Source: a bacterium (lineage in GTDB: Bacteria; Electryoneota; Electryoneia; Electryoneales; Electryoneaceae). Taken from it: a stretch of 64,000 bases of DNA. Where the stretch lies: assembly GCA_963669175.1 (NCBI GenBank), contig OY769902.1, forward strand, positions 2,592,001 to 2,656,000, in the 5' to 3' direction. The notes beneath the pieces were generated by a model. It did not search any database. It had not been told where the DNA came from and saw nothing but the letters and a program-made list of their open reading frames with translations. Every line of letters begins with the position of its first letter. The first letter of the stretch is position 1. Both the position numbers and the translations under genes were made by a program. Shown in pieces: positions 9,621-19,532 of the stretch.

Positions 9621-9755
9621 TTTCTCGCCCTAGTAATCAGAAATAACACATGAATGAGTGAATATACGATAAATTGTGCAGACAATTAGAATCATTTGTG
9701 CCGTTTTCTTATTTGTGTTCTTTGCGTCTTCGCGCCTTTGCGTGAAACAAAGCAG

Positions 9756-9788
9756 AAAAAGGGCTGACTTCAAAGTGAAGCCAGCCCT
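9756..9788 (-). terminator. Intrinsic terminator after sucD
   Basis: Minus strand reads AGGGCTGGCTTC-ACTTT-GAAGTCAGCCC-TTTTT. Confidence 0.75.
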
Positions 9789-9816
9789 GAATTTGCTGTC
9801 AAACCTGCTTATTCGC

Positions 9817-10686
9817 TTACTTCCCCAGCGCTTCCTTCATGCGCATGCCGATGTCGGCGGGGGATTCAGCGACCAGGATACCCGCATCTCGCAGTGCTTT
9901 CTTCTTTTCCGGGGCAGTTCCCTTGCCGCCGGAAATGATCGCGCCCGCATGGCCCATACGACGTCCTGGAGGGGCTGTCGAACCGGCGATGAACGCTACG
10001 ACCGGCTTGCCGAATTCCTTCTTGATGTATTCCGCCGCCAGCTCTTCCGCGTTGCCGCCGATTTCACCGATCAGCACCACCGCTTCCGTATCGTCATCAT
10101 CCTTGAACAGCTTCAGCAGGTCGGTGAAGGTAGACCCGATCACCGGGTCGCCGCCGATACCGATGGCTGTGGACTGGCCGAAACCGTGTTCCACGAGCTG
10201 CCCGACCGCTTCATAGGTCAGGGTGCCGCTACGGCTGATAACACCAACATTACCGGGCTTGTGAATGAAGCCGGGCATGATACCGACCTTGGCTTCGCCG
10301 GGGGTGATGGCGCCGGGGCAGTTCGGGCCGATGAGCCGGGTCTTGCCCTTGATCTGGTGCCAGACCTTCAGCATATCCGCAGCCGGAATCCCTTCCGTAA
10401 TGCAGATCACCAGTTCAGCGCCCGCATCCGACGCTTCCAGAATACCATCCGCCGCGAAGGGGGGAGGTACGAAAATAATACTGGCGTTAGCGCCGGTCTC
10501 CTCGACCGCTTCCGCGACCGTATTAAATACTGGACGATCCAAATGCTTGGTGCCGCCCTTACCGGGTGTTACGCCTGCGACTACGTTGGTGCCGTACGCG
10601 ATCATCTGCTCGGCGTGGAAGCTGCCTTCCTTGCCGGTGAAGCCCTGTACGACCAGTCGGGTATCTTTACCTACGAGAATAGACAT
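9817..10686 (-). CDS. sucD: Succinyl-CoA synthetase alpha subunit
   Basis: [29 protein letters not shown] and RRMGHAGA (phospho-His). Confidence 0.97.
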   Translation of the reverse strand: MSILVGKDTRLVVQGFTGKEGSFHAEQMIAYGTNVVAGVTPGKGGTKHLDRPVFNTVAEAVEETGANASIIFVPPPFAADGILEASDAGAELVICITEGIPAADMLKVWHQIKGKTRLIGPNCPGAITPGEAKVGIMPGFIHKPGNVGVISRSGTLTYEAVGQLVEHGFGQSTAIGIGGDPVIGSTFTDLLKLFKDDDDTEAVVLIGEIGGNAEELAAEYIKKEFGKPVVAFIAGSTAPPGRRMGHAGAIISGGKGTAPEKKKALRDAGILVAESPADIGMRMKEALGK

Positions 10687-11861
10687 CAGTTACCTCCCTT
10701 CGCTGCAGCGACGACCTTCTCTGCCGCGTCCTTGAGGTTCGTAGCGACGATGAAGTCCAACGGCGATTCATCCAGCATCGTGGCGGCCTGTTCGGCATTG
10801 GTGCCTGCAAGGCGAACCACAACCGGGACATCCACACTGACATCATCATCGCTGAGCGCCGCGATCACGCCTTCCGCGACACGGTCACAACGGACAATAC
10901 CGCCGAAAATGTTGATCAGCACGGCTTTCACATTCGGGTCGCTCATGATCAGACGGAAACCGTTCTTGACCGTTTCCGGATTGGCAACGCCACCGACATC
11001 CAGGAAATTGGCCGGTTCGCCACCGCTGAACTTGATGATATCCATGGTGCCCATGGCCAGGCCAGCGCCGTTGACCATACAGCCCACGTTACCATCGAGC
11101 TTGATGTAGTTCAGGTTGAACTTGGACGCTTCGACTTCGGCCGGTTCTTCTTCGTCCAGGTCGCGAAGTTCGAGGATATCTTTATGACGATACAATGCGT
11201 TGTCGTCAAAGTTAATCTTTGCGTCGAGTGCGATGATGTCGCCATCACCGGTGAGGACCAACGGGTTGATTTCTGCCAGGCTGGCGTCGGTATGACGATA
11301 AGCGCTGTACAGTTTCAGGAAGAAGTTGGCGGCCTTGTTTACGGCTTTGCCTTCCAAACCAAGTGCGAATGCGAGGCTACGCGCTTCAAACCCCTGCATG
11401 CCATAGGCCGGATCAATTGCCAACTTGATGATTTTTTCCGGGGTTTCCGCGGCGACCTTTTCGATCTCCACACCACCCTCGGTGCTGACCATGAAGGTAT
11501 CGGCAACCTTTTCACGGTCAAGGGTCAAACCGGCATAGAATTCTTTCTTGATATCCATGCCCTGTTCAACCAGGAGGCGCTTGACTTCCTTGCCTTCCGG
11601 ACCGGTCTGATGGGTTACCAGTTGCATACCCAGCATCTTTTCCGCAGTTTCACGCGCTTCGGCAGGGTTCTTGACGACTTTTACACCGCCGCCCTTGCCA
11701 CGTCCTCCCGCGTGAATCTGTGCCTTGACAACTACTGTGCCACCTCCAAGATCCTTCGCTGCCTGTTCGGCTTCGTCTACCGTAAAGGCTACCTTGCCCT
11801 CCGGTACCGCAACCCCGAACTTCCTCAGGATCTCTTTCGCCTGGTACTCGTGGATTTTCAT
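10686..11861 (-). CDS. sucC: Succinyl-CoA synthetase beta subunit
   Basis: MKIHEYQAK start with [46 protein letters not shown]. Confidence 0.97.
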   Translation of the reverse strand: MKIHEYQAKEILRKFGVAVPEGKVAFTVDEAEQAAKDLGGGTVVVKAQIHAGGRGKGGGVKVVKNPAEARETAEKMLGMQLVTHQTGPEGKEVKRLLVEQGMDIKKEFYAGLTLDREKVADTFMVSTEGGVEIEKVAAETPEKIIKLAIDPAYGMQGFEARSLAFALGLEGKAVNKAANFFLKLYSAYRHTDASLAEINPLVLTGDGDIIALDAKINFDDNALYRHKDILELRDLDEEEPAEVEASKFNLNYIKLDGNVGCMVNGAGLAMGTMDIIKFSGGEPANFLDVGGVANPETVKNGFRLIMSDPNVKAVLINIFGGIVRCDRVAEGVIAALSDDDVSVDVPVVVRLAGTNAEQAATMLDESPLDFIVATNLKDAAEKVVAAAKGGN

Positions 11862-11878
11862 GCTTTCTCCAGCGTTTT

Positions 11879-12952
11879 TCACAGTATATCTGAACTGGCC
11901 TCGTTGCCTGCGCGGTTTGAAAGAACTTCCTTTATCTCATCAATTAAAGCTTGTGTATAATCATCCACATATTTTTCAGATACATGATGAAAACTTTGTA
12001 ACTTTTCCGGTGGAAATGTCATCGGGTCATAATGAATATAATGGACATTCTGATACTTGTCGGTTAATGCTGTTAGTTGTTTCCTGTATTGATCATAGAA
12101 GTTAAAAAATTCCGGGTCGTTTATCACGATTTCATCAACATAGGTATTGGCAATATATACATCAAACGAATAGCGTTCCGCTAATTCAAAGATTGTTCTA
12201 TAGGCAATCAGGTTCGTCTCTGAAATCGCAAATTTTCCGTCAGCATTTTCAATCGTTTGCCGCTGAATAGGTCTGTCATGGTTGACAACATATTCTGGTC
12301 GTGTCTTGGATAAAGGCTGAAAACCATTTTCGCGATCTGTGAAAAAATCGCGGGGTTTGGATTGAAGAAACATGTTCGGATGTGTCAAGAGTACCTGCAA
12401 TTCACTTTCACGATAGTACAAAGGCAAATACCGAGTCAAGATGATGTGAAGATAGTCGAGTCCTGTTACTTCAAACTCAGGCGTATACTTCTTCCAGAAA
12501 CTCAGTGGCGCAGGAACCCAGGCAAGATGGTGAATCTGGCGAAGGTCACGTACCAGAACATCATAGGCATTGCCAATCAGAACATGCTTTGGCGGTCCCT
12601 GCAATTCAATGTATCTTGCCAACATCCAGGCATTGTTTATTACAGTCATTTCGCCAAAAGTCGCAAGGTTTATCGCTGTGCCAAGATCATTCTCTTCAAA
12701 AAGAGCAGGATTGATGCCATGTCGTATGCTGGAATCCCCGAAAATCAACCAGTCATAGCTACTTTTTTCCATCATTTCATAGCGTGTACTAAGCAAATAA
12801 ATCCCTTGTTCCCGTGGGCGGATATTTAAAAACGCCATGGCTGCAAGGTTCGCCATGATTACCAGAAGAATTGCCAGTGACCATGTGATATAGAGTTCGC
12901 GCCTGTTTGCAGGGGCGATGACTTCACGTGTTAACGCTTTGTTACGAGGCAC
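11879..12952 (-). CDS. Membrane-anchored SGNH/DltD-like protein, probable periplasmic partner of the MBOAT
   Basis: One N-terminal TM helix, FGDSS block-I motif, NLA..G and a C-terminal S.HH resembling DxxH. GTG start with AGGAGG overlapping the MBOAT stop. Confidence 0.6.
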   Translation of the reverse strand: MPRNKALTREVIAPANRRELYITWSLAILLVIMANLAAMAFLNIRPREQGIYLLSTRYEMMEKSSYDWLIFGDSSIRHGINPALFEENDLGTAINLATFGEMTVINNAWMLARYIELQGPPKHVLIGNAYDVLVRDLRQIHHLAWVPAPLSFWKKYTPEFEVTGLDYLHIILTRYLPLYYRESELQVLLTHPNMFLQSKPRDFFTDRENGFQPLSKTRPEYVVNHDRPIQRQTIENADGKFAISETNLIAYRTIFELAERYSFDVYIANTYVDEIVINDPEFFNFYDQYRKQLTALTDKYQNVHYIHYDPMTFPPEKLQSFHHVSEKYVDDYTQALIDEIKEVLSNRAGNEASSDIL

Positions 12953-12963
12953 CGGAAATCCTC

Positions 12964-14391
12964 CTAAAACTGAAAATAAATAAATTCAACAGATTCTCTG
13001 ACATTAAATACGACAATCCAGATAAGCATATATCCGTAAATAAGTCCTTGTATTACAGGTTTGTACGTTGTGAGAATAAGCAGGTTTCTTGAACGATACT
13101 GTACAATCTGGATGATGACTAAAGGAATGATAAAGAAGAGCAGGTTGCCCAACAGCGAGCGTGTCTGGTAAATGTCCTCAGTAAACACGCTAATTTGAGT
13201 AAAGAAGTATATAATCTGGTCAATTGTATGGGCACGGAAAAGAACCCACCCGATCATGGTAAGAACGAACATCAGGGCCATTTTTGACAGAATACGGATT
13301 TTGGAATACTGGCCGCCCCAGGGATCCTCATGTTCCGGATTACGATCAAACAGGCGATAAATTACCAGTATCAGGCCGTGAAACGCGCCCCAGAGAACGA
13401 AATTCCAGGAAGCGCCATGCCATAACCCTCCCAAGAGCATTGTAAGTGATAGATTGCGATACGTCATTATCGAGCCTTTGCGATTCCCGCCAAGGGCAAT
13501 ATACAGGTAATCCCGCAACCATGAAGAAAGCGAGATGTGCCAACGCAACCAGAAATCACTCGGATTAAGCGCGAAGTAGGGCAGGCGGAAGTTGACCATC
13601 AGCTCGAAACCGAGCAATTTGGAGATTCCTCGAGCAATATCAGAATATCCGGAGAAGTCGCAATAGATCTGGAAGGTAAACGCCAGGACGCCAATAAGCA
13701 GGTCTAACCCGTGATAATTGGTATATCCGTTGAAAATCTGATCTGATATCGCCGCGACATTGTCCGCAATTACAACCTTCTTGTAATATCCCCAGACAAC
13801 CAGAAATAGTCCTGCTTTTACCTGGTCAATCGTAATTTTTCTGGGTTGAATGATCTGCGGGAGCAGGTTTACAGCACGTTCAATCGGGCCGGCAACCAAC
13901 TGGGGGAAGAACGAAACAAACAAGAGAAAATCTGGGAAATCTTTAATCGGTTCCAGTTTTTTACGATAAATATCGATTGTATAGCTCATCGTCTGGAAGG
14001 TATAAAACGAGATCCCCACAGGCAGAATGATATTCAAGGTTGGCATATCCGGCTTCATCCCGAAAAGCATCAGGAAATCAACCAGACTATCAGCAAAGAA
14101 GTTGAAGTACTTGAAGAACCCCAGGAATCCAAGGTTTACACACATGGATACCAATAAGAAGAATTTGCGCTTCTTCTGGTTCGTCTCACTAAATACTTTA
14201 AGTCCGACGAAATAGTCTACAATGCTTGAAACAAAAATTAAGAATAAGAATCTGTAATCCCAATAACCATAAAAAACATAACTTGCTACCAATAATATAT
14301 AGTTTTGAATACGATATTTTCTTGAAAATGAAAAATATAGTATTAAAACCAATATGAAGAATATAACGAATATAAATGAATTAAAAAGCAT
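12964..14391 (-). CDS. MBOAT family O-acyltransferase (AlgI/PatA/DltB-like)
   Basis: MLFNS start, LPVGISFYTFQ, FFPQLVAGPIER, YCDFSGYSD, FWLRWHISLS.WLRDYLY, GLWHGA. Confidence 0.93.
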   Translation of the reverse strand: MLFNSFIFVIFFILVLILYFSFSRKYRIQNYILLVASYVFYGYWDYRFLFLIFVSSIVDYFVGLKVFSETNQKKRKFFLLVSMCVNLGFLGFFKYFNFFADSLVDFLMLFGMKPDMPTLNIILPVGISFYTFQTMSYTIDIYRKKLEPIKDFPDFLLFVSFFPQLVAGPIERAVNLLPQIIQPRKITIDQVKAGLFLVVWGYYKKVVIADNVAAISDQIFNGYTNYHGLDLLIGVLAFTFQIYCDFSGYSDIARGISKLLGFELMVNFRLPYFALNPSDFWLRWHISLSSWLRDYLYIALGGNRKGSIMTYRNLSLTMLLGGLWHGASWNFVLWGAFHGLILVIYRLFDRNPEHEDPWGGQYSKIRILSKMALMFVLTMIGWVLFRAHTIDQIIYFFTQISVFTEDIYQTRSLLGNLLFFIIPLVIIQIVQYRSRNLLILTTYKPVIQGLIYGYMLIWIVVFNVRESVEFIYFQF

Positions 14392-14559
14392 GTTGTTGAC
14401 CCAAGATTACGCACGTTGGTGAACTGTCACAAAAGATTGTGCCAAACCGGTATCGAGATATTCGTTATCATAGGCCAGAAACCAGTCTGCAGAAAACTCT
14501 ATGATCATGCTCGCGCGGACATTCAAAAGTACCAATGTCTTGGTAAAACAGGAAGCCGC

Positions 14560-14712
14560 CTAGAATATCGCATAGATAAAGGGAGCAACCGCAGAGCCTT
14601 GTGCAAGGACGAGCAGCAAACTGATAACCAGTAAAAAGAGAATAATGGGTGTAAGCCACCACTTTTTTCGGGTCTTCAGGAATCCCCAAATCTGGCCAAG
14701 TTTGGAAGCCAT
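14560..14712 (-). CDS. 50-aa membrane peptide, DUF5989 / SxtK-like; below the ORF track cut-off
   Basis: My translation: MASKLGQIWGFLKTRKKWWLTPIILFLLVISLLLVLAQGSAVAPFIYAIF*. Carries the family signature RKK.WL.P...APFIY.IF; GAGG RBS upstream. Confidence 0.85.
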   Translation of the reverse strand: MASKLGQIWGFLKTRKKWWLTPIILFLLVISLLLVLAQGSAVAPFIYAIF

Positions 14713-14833
14713 TGTATGATCCTCTTCAAATGAATTTCAAGAAATGAACTGAAAAATGAACGAATAAAGTCCAACATACAAGAGCCTGCCAGGATAATAA
14801 GCGAAAAACATGCTCCAGACAGAAAAGGACTGA

Positions 14834-15238
14834 TCAGTACGGTTTATCTGGTCGACTCCCGGGACCATCAGGTTCAGTTTTCACCCAATATGAGGGCAGG
14901 TTCTTGTTAAATTTCAAACTTAACAAGTCCTTACCTGCAATTCTTGTGAGTAGTCCAATAGGCGTAATGACAATGAAGAAAGTCAAGGTTACGATAATGA
15001 ACGTCATAATCGTGCCAAGGATATAGGCGAATTTCATCCAGACAAACTCTATCGGCCGAAGGACATCAGGCAGAATAAGCCCAAAGATCAGGAAGAAGCC
15101 GCTAATACCCGCAAGTACCTGCCAAGTCGGAGCGTGTTCACGCCAGAAGGCGATAGCGGCAATAACTGCGAAACCTGCCGCCATAATTGCACCAAACTTC
15201 CTAAGATCTTTCCTCGTCGGTCTTTTCTTCTCGCTCAT
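14834..15238 (-). CDS. SxtJ-family membrane protein
   Basis: LRKFG, three hydrophobic segments, WMKF...LG, TPIGL.R..GKD.L and SYW motifs. Confidence 0.8.
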   Translation of the reverse strand: MSEKKRPTRKDLRKFGAIMAAGFAVIAAIAFWREHAPTWQVLAGISGFFLIFGLILPDVLRPIEFVWMKFAYILGTIMTFIIVTLTFFIVITPIGLLTRIAGKDLLSLKFNKNLPSYWVKTEPDGPGSRPDKPY

Positions 15239-15247
15239 TGTAAAACC

Positions 15248-17074
15248 TTAGTCTAGCTCGTAAAGTTCACGCCAGTTTTCATCATCCTTCAAGGGAGCCT
15301 GTTCTTCCTTGTAAAGGATGATATCTTCGAGCAGCAGTATATCCATCTCTGTCCGCATGAAGCAGAGATACGCATCAGCAGGAGTACAGACGATCGGTTC
15401 GCCGCGTACGTTAAAACTGGTATTCACGACAATACCGTATCCCGTGCGCTCCTTGAACTTGCTGATAATCCTGTGATAGTTGGGATTGTCAAGCTTGTCA
15501 ACCGTCTGCACACGTGCACTGTAGTCAACATGAGTAATCGCTGGGATATCGGAGCGCGGAACATTCAGCATTTTGATGCCGAAATAACTCAATTCCTCTT
15601 TACTCATTTCCTTACGCCGTTCTTTACATACCGGAGCAACGAGCAGCATATAGGGAGATTCACGATCCAGCTCAAAGAACTCGCTGACATCTTCTACCAG
15701 GCAACTGGGGGCAAAGGGACGGAAAGATTCCCGGTATTTGATCTTCAGGTTCATGACAGACTGCATTTTCGGGCTACGTGCATCACCGATAATGGATCGT
15801 CCGCCCAGAGCCCTGGGACCAAATTCCATCCGACCGTTGAAGAAACCGACAACCTTCTCTTCGACCATCGCGTCCGCCGCCAGATCATATGTTTTTTCAC
15901 GATCAAAGCGATGGTAAGCGTAGCCTTTTTTCTTCAGCCAGTTTTCGATTTTTTCCGGCGCCCACGCTGGCCCAAGGTATGATCCGCGCTGTGAATCACG
16001 ACCATCGCCGGATGTTTGACGCGGTTTATCCAGATGTTGATGCCAGGTAAACAGCGCAGCGCCGAGGGCGCCGCCGGCATCACCAGCAGCAGGCTGAATC
16101 CATACCTTATCGAAGATATTTTCACGCAGGATCTTGCCGTTGCCAACGCAGTTCAACGCCACGCCGCCAGCCAGCACCAGGTTCTTCTCGCCGGTTTCCT
16201 TGCGTACATGCCTTGCCCAGCGCAACATGATCATTTCTGTCACATCCTGCACCGAACGTGCCAGATCCATTTCTTTCTGGGTGAGCTCAGATTCCGGTTG
16301 GCGTGGCGGGCCACCGAACAGGTCGTCGAACTTCTTCGATGTCATGGTCAGGCCCTGACAGTAGTTGAAGTAAGACATATCCATGCGGAAACTGCCATCT
16401 TCACGCAGATCCAGAAGGTTATTCAGGATTTTGTCCACATATATTGGTTTGCCGTAGGGAGCAAGCCCCATCACCTTGTATTCCCCGGAGTTGACCCGAA
16501 ATCCGGTGTAATAGGTAAAGGCGGTATACAGTAATCCCAAGCTGTGAGGGAAACGAAGTTCGTATTTCAGATCAATCTTGTTGCCGTTTCCAACGCCCCA
16601 CGATGCAGTCGCCCATTCTCCGACGCCATCCATGGTAATAAACGCCGCGCTGTCAAACGGGCTCGGATAAAAGGCGGAAGCTGCATGGGATTGATGGTGT
16701 TCAGGGTGGAGAACCTCGCCTGTGTAGCCATCAAGTTTTTTCTTGATCAAATCCCCCATCCATAATTTTTCCTTGAGCCAAAGAGGCATGGCTCGCAGAA
16801 AGGAGGGAAGACCCTGGGGGGCAAATGCCAGATAGGTTTCCAGCAACCGTTCAAACTTGATCCAGGGTTTGTCATAGAAAGCAACGTGATCCAGTTGCGC
16901 GGCTGTAATATCTGCTTCTTTCAGGCAATACTCAATCGCATTGCCGGGGAAGCGATGATCATGTTTCTTTCTACTGAAACGCTCTTCCTGAGCGGCTGCC
17001 ACGATCTTACCATCTTTCACAAGACAGGCAGCAGAGTCGTGGTAAAAAGCAGAAATTCCAAGAATTGCAGTCAA
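15248..17074 (-). CDS. O-carbamoyltransferase, NodU/CmcH/SxtI family
   Basis: ILGISAFYHDSAA, EERFSR.KH, HHQSH, DGVGE, GEYKVMGLAPYG, EFGPRALG, FRPFAP, NTSFN; TTG start. Confidence 0.95.
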   Translation of the reverse strand: MTAILGISAFYHDSAACLVKDGKIVAAAQEERFSRKKHDHRFPGNAIEYCLKEADITAAQLDHVAFYDKPWIKFERLLETYLAFAPQGLPSFLRAMPLWLKEKLWMGDLIKKKLDGYTGEVLHPEHHQSHAASAFYPSPFDSAAFITMDGVGEWATASWGVGNGNKIDLKYELRFPHSLGLLYTAFTYYTGFRVNSGEYKVMGLAPYGKPIYVDKILNNLLDLREDGSFRMDMSYFNYCQGLTMTSKKFDDLFGGPPRQPESELTQKEMDLARSVQDVTEMIMLRWARHVRKETGEKNLVLAGGVALNCVGNGKILRENIFDKVWIQPAAGDAGGALGAALFTWHQHLDKPRQTSGDGRDSQRGSYLGPAWAPEKIENWLKKKGYAYHRFDREKTYDLAADAMVEEKVVGFFNGRMEFGPRALGGRSIIGDARSPKMQSVMNLKIKYRESFRPFAPSCLVEDVSEFFELDRESPYMLLVAPVCKERRKEMSKEELSYFGIKMLNVPRSDIPAITHVDYSARVQTVDKLDNPNYHRIISKFKERTGYGIVVNTSFNVRGEPIVCTPADAYLCFMRTEMDILLLEDIILYKEEQAPLKDDENWRELYELD

Positions 17075-17236
17075 GCGACCAAACCCTTGTTTGTTTTTAA
17101 TGCTAAGCGTCAGCTAAAACTAACAGTAAGCTATATTTGTGTTTAGAGTTGATCTGTTAAAGTAAAGGGTGAATAGAAGAACCAGAGCTTGAATCAAGTA
17201 TTCATTCGCAATGAGTAAAAAATAGAAGCTCAACTA

Positions 17237-18196
17237 TTAGTGATTTGTGATAGTCGTCCCCGCTTCTCCCTTCATGGCGGGAATAATATGCTCCAGATCG
17301 GTAATGACAACGCGTTCGCCACCGTTCTTCAGGAAATGCAATGCCGACTCGACTTTTGGTCCCATGCTACCCGCAGGGAAATGGCCGATGTCGAGATACT
17401 CCTGCGCTTCACTGAGCGTCAAGTGATCGAGCGCTACCTGGTCTTTTCGGCTAAAGTTCAGATATACCTTGTCCACCTGGGTCAAAATATACAGGTCTTG
17501 CGCTTCGATGTCGTTACCGAGAACTGCCGATGCGCGATCTTTATCAATCACGGCATCAACGCCGTCCAGGGCGCCGTTTTCCATCTTGAATACAGGTATA
17601 CCGCCGCCACCTGCACAAATCACTATCCAGTCTTGCGCTATCAGGTTGCGAATGGCCTCACTGTTCACCACTTCCAGGGGAATGGGGGAACCGACCACAC
17701 GACGCCAACCCTGCCGTCCCTGGTCATGCTTGACCACCCAATCGAATAGTTTGGCAAGACGATGCGCCTCGTATTCCGGATAAGTCTGACCGATAAATTT
17801 GGTTGGATTTTTTAGAGAGGGATCATCCTTGTCGACAAGTACCTGTGTGACAATGGAAGCGACTGATTTTTGAATCCCTTCTGCTTTCAGGCGGTTACAA
17901 AGGGATTGCTCCACCATGTAGCCCATCCAGCCTTCGGTCGATGCGACCAGAACTCCGAGGGGTAATTCGGGCGCACGTCCTCTGGCGAGTTCCTGCCGGA
18001 GCAGAGCATTCCCGATTTGAGGGCCATTGCCATGGGTTATGGCAACACGGATTCCCTGCTTTACGAGCGAAATAATAGCATCCATGCTGGCTCGTGTTTG
18101 CGCGAACTGTGCATGGATGTCGCTGGGCCCGCCAGGCGGGCTGATCGCGTTGCCGCCGAGTGCTACGACGGCAACGCGATCCCCTTTGGCACACAT
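17237..18196 (-). CDS. arcC: Carbamate kinase
   Basis: ALGGNA, THGNGPQIG, WRRVVGSP, GGGGIPV, AVIDKD, GSMGPKV. Confidence 0.93.
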   Translation of the reverse strand: MCAKGDRVAVVALGGNAISPPGGPSDIHAQFAQTRASMDAIISLVKQGIRVAITHGNGPQIGNALLRQELARGRAPELPLGVLVASTEGWMGYMVEQSLCNRLKAEGIQKSVASIVTQVLVDKDDPSLKNPTKFIGQTYPEYEAHRLAKLFDWVVKHDQGRQGWRRVVGSPIPLEVVNSEAIRNLIAQDWIVICAGGGGIPVFKMENGALDGVDAVIDKDRASAVLGNDIEAQDLYILTQVDKVYLNFSRKDQVALDHLTLSEAQEYLDIGHFPAGSMGPKVESALHFLKNGGERVVITDLEHIIPAMKGEAGTTITNH

Positions 18197-18197
18197 A

Positions 18198-19532
18198 TTA
18201 CTTCTTCGCTTTCGCGATGAAATCTGCGAGGGCGTCCTTCAGGTCGGGCTTGCCGATCTCCTGGAGGTCATACGCTACGCGGACGGACGGCTTGTCGATC
18301 TTGATGACACGACGCAAGTCAATCGGAGTGCCGATGACGACGGCTTCACAATCGACTGCTTCGATGGTCTTCTCGAGATCTTGCATCTGCTCGTCGCCAT
18401 AGCCCATGGCCGGAAGCAGGGAGCCGATTTCCGGGTAGATTTCGAAAGTTTCAGCGATACGTCCGGTAACCCAGGGACGCGGATCGACGAGTTCGGCAGC
18501 GCCAAACTTGCTGGCAGCGACGATACCGGCGCCGTAGGACATTTCACCGTGTGTAAGCGTCGGGCCGTCTTCCACGACCAGTACGCGCTTGTTACGGATG
18601 ATGGCTGCATCTTCCACGGAAACCGGGCTGGCAGCATCAATAACGATGGCGTTCGGATTCAGCTCAGCGATATTCTCGCGAACTTCTTCGATTGCATCGA
18701 GGTCGGCAGTGTCAATCTTGTTGATGACAATGATGTCGGCCATCAGCAAATTGGTCTCACCCGGGTAGTAACTGCGTTCGTGGCCCGGACGATGCGGGTC
18801 GACGACGACGATCTGCAGGTCGGCCTTGTAGAACGGGGTGTCGTTGTTGCCACCATCCCACAGGATGACATCAGCTTCTTTTTCCGCTTCACGGACGATA
18901 GCTTCGTAATCAACACCAGCGTAAATCACGTTGCCACGGACGATATGCGGTTCGTACTCTTCCATCTCTTCGATGGTGCATTCATGCTTCTTCAGGTCAT
19001 CCAGTTCAGCAAAACGCTGGACCTTCTGCTTTGCCAAGTCACCGTAAGGCATGGGGTGACGGATGGCGACGACCTTCAGCCCTGCTGCCTGCAATACTTC
19101 TTCCACGGCACGGGTTGTCTGGCTTTTACCGCAACCGGTGCGGATCGCGCAAATGGAAACTACCGGCTTGGTAGACTTGACCATTGTGTCAACTGCGCTG
19201 GCAAGAACAAAATCAGCGCCGGTCGCGTTTACCAGGCTGGCGTTATGCATAACGCGGGCGTAGGGAACATCGCTGTAGGAGAAATAGACCTGATCAGCAT
19301 TATGCTCTTCAATCAGCTCAACCAGTTTCTCTTCCGGTTCAATCGGGATCCCATTCGGGTACAGCTTGCCGGCCAGTTCTGCCGGGTATTTACGACCATC
19401 GATATCCGGGATCTGTGTAGCTGTAAATGCAACAACATCGTACTCTTCGTTGTCCCGGAACAGGACATTGAAGTTATGGAAGTCACGTCCGGCGGCTCCC
19501 ATGATGATGACCTTTTTCCGCGTGTCGGCCAT
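18198..19532 (-). CDS. P-loop NTPase of the cyclic 2,3-diphosphoglycerate synthase-like family; probable arginine synthetase (ArcE-like)
   Basis: GAAGRDFHNFN, RTGCGKS P-loop, RHPMPYG, EEYEPH, DGGNND, EDGPTLTHG, PAMGY; 1 bp from carbamate kinase. Confidence 0.75.
   Translation of the reverse strand: MADTRKKVIIMGAAGRDFHNFNVLFRDNEEYDVVAFTATQIPDIDGRKYPAELAGKLYPNGIPIEPEEKLVELIEEHNADQVYFSYSDVPYARVMHNASLVNATGADFVLASAVDTMVKSTKPVVSICAIRTGCGKSQTTRAVEEVLQAAGLKVVAIRHPMPYGDLAKQKVQRFAELDDLKKHECTIEEMEEYEPHIVRGNVIYAGVDYEAIVREAEKEADVILWDGGNNDTPFYKADLQIVVVDPHRPGHERSYYPGETNLLMADIIVINKIDTADLDAIEEVRENIAELNPNAIVIDAASPVSVEDAAIIRNKRVLVVEDGPTLTHGEMSYGAGIVAASKFGAAELVDPRPWVTGRIAETFEIYPEIGSLLPAMGYGDEQMQDLEKTIEAVDCEAVVIGTPIDLRRVIKIDKPSVRVAYDLQEIGKPDLKDALADFIAKAKK

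Noticed and set aside
9676-11109. 477-aa plus-strand ORF
   Set aside because: Antisense shadow of the codon-biased sucD/sucC genes; no recognisable motifs.
14560-17074. Saxitoxin biosynthesis
   Set aside because: Only the widespread SxtI/J/K-like trio is present; no sxtA, sxtG or other core genes in the window.
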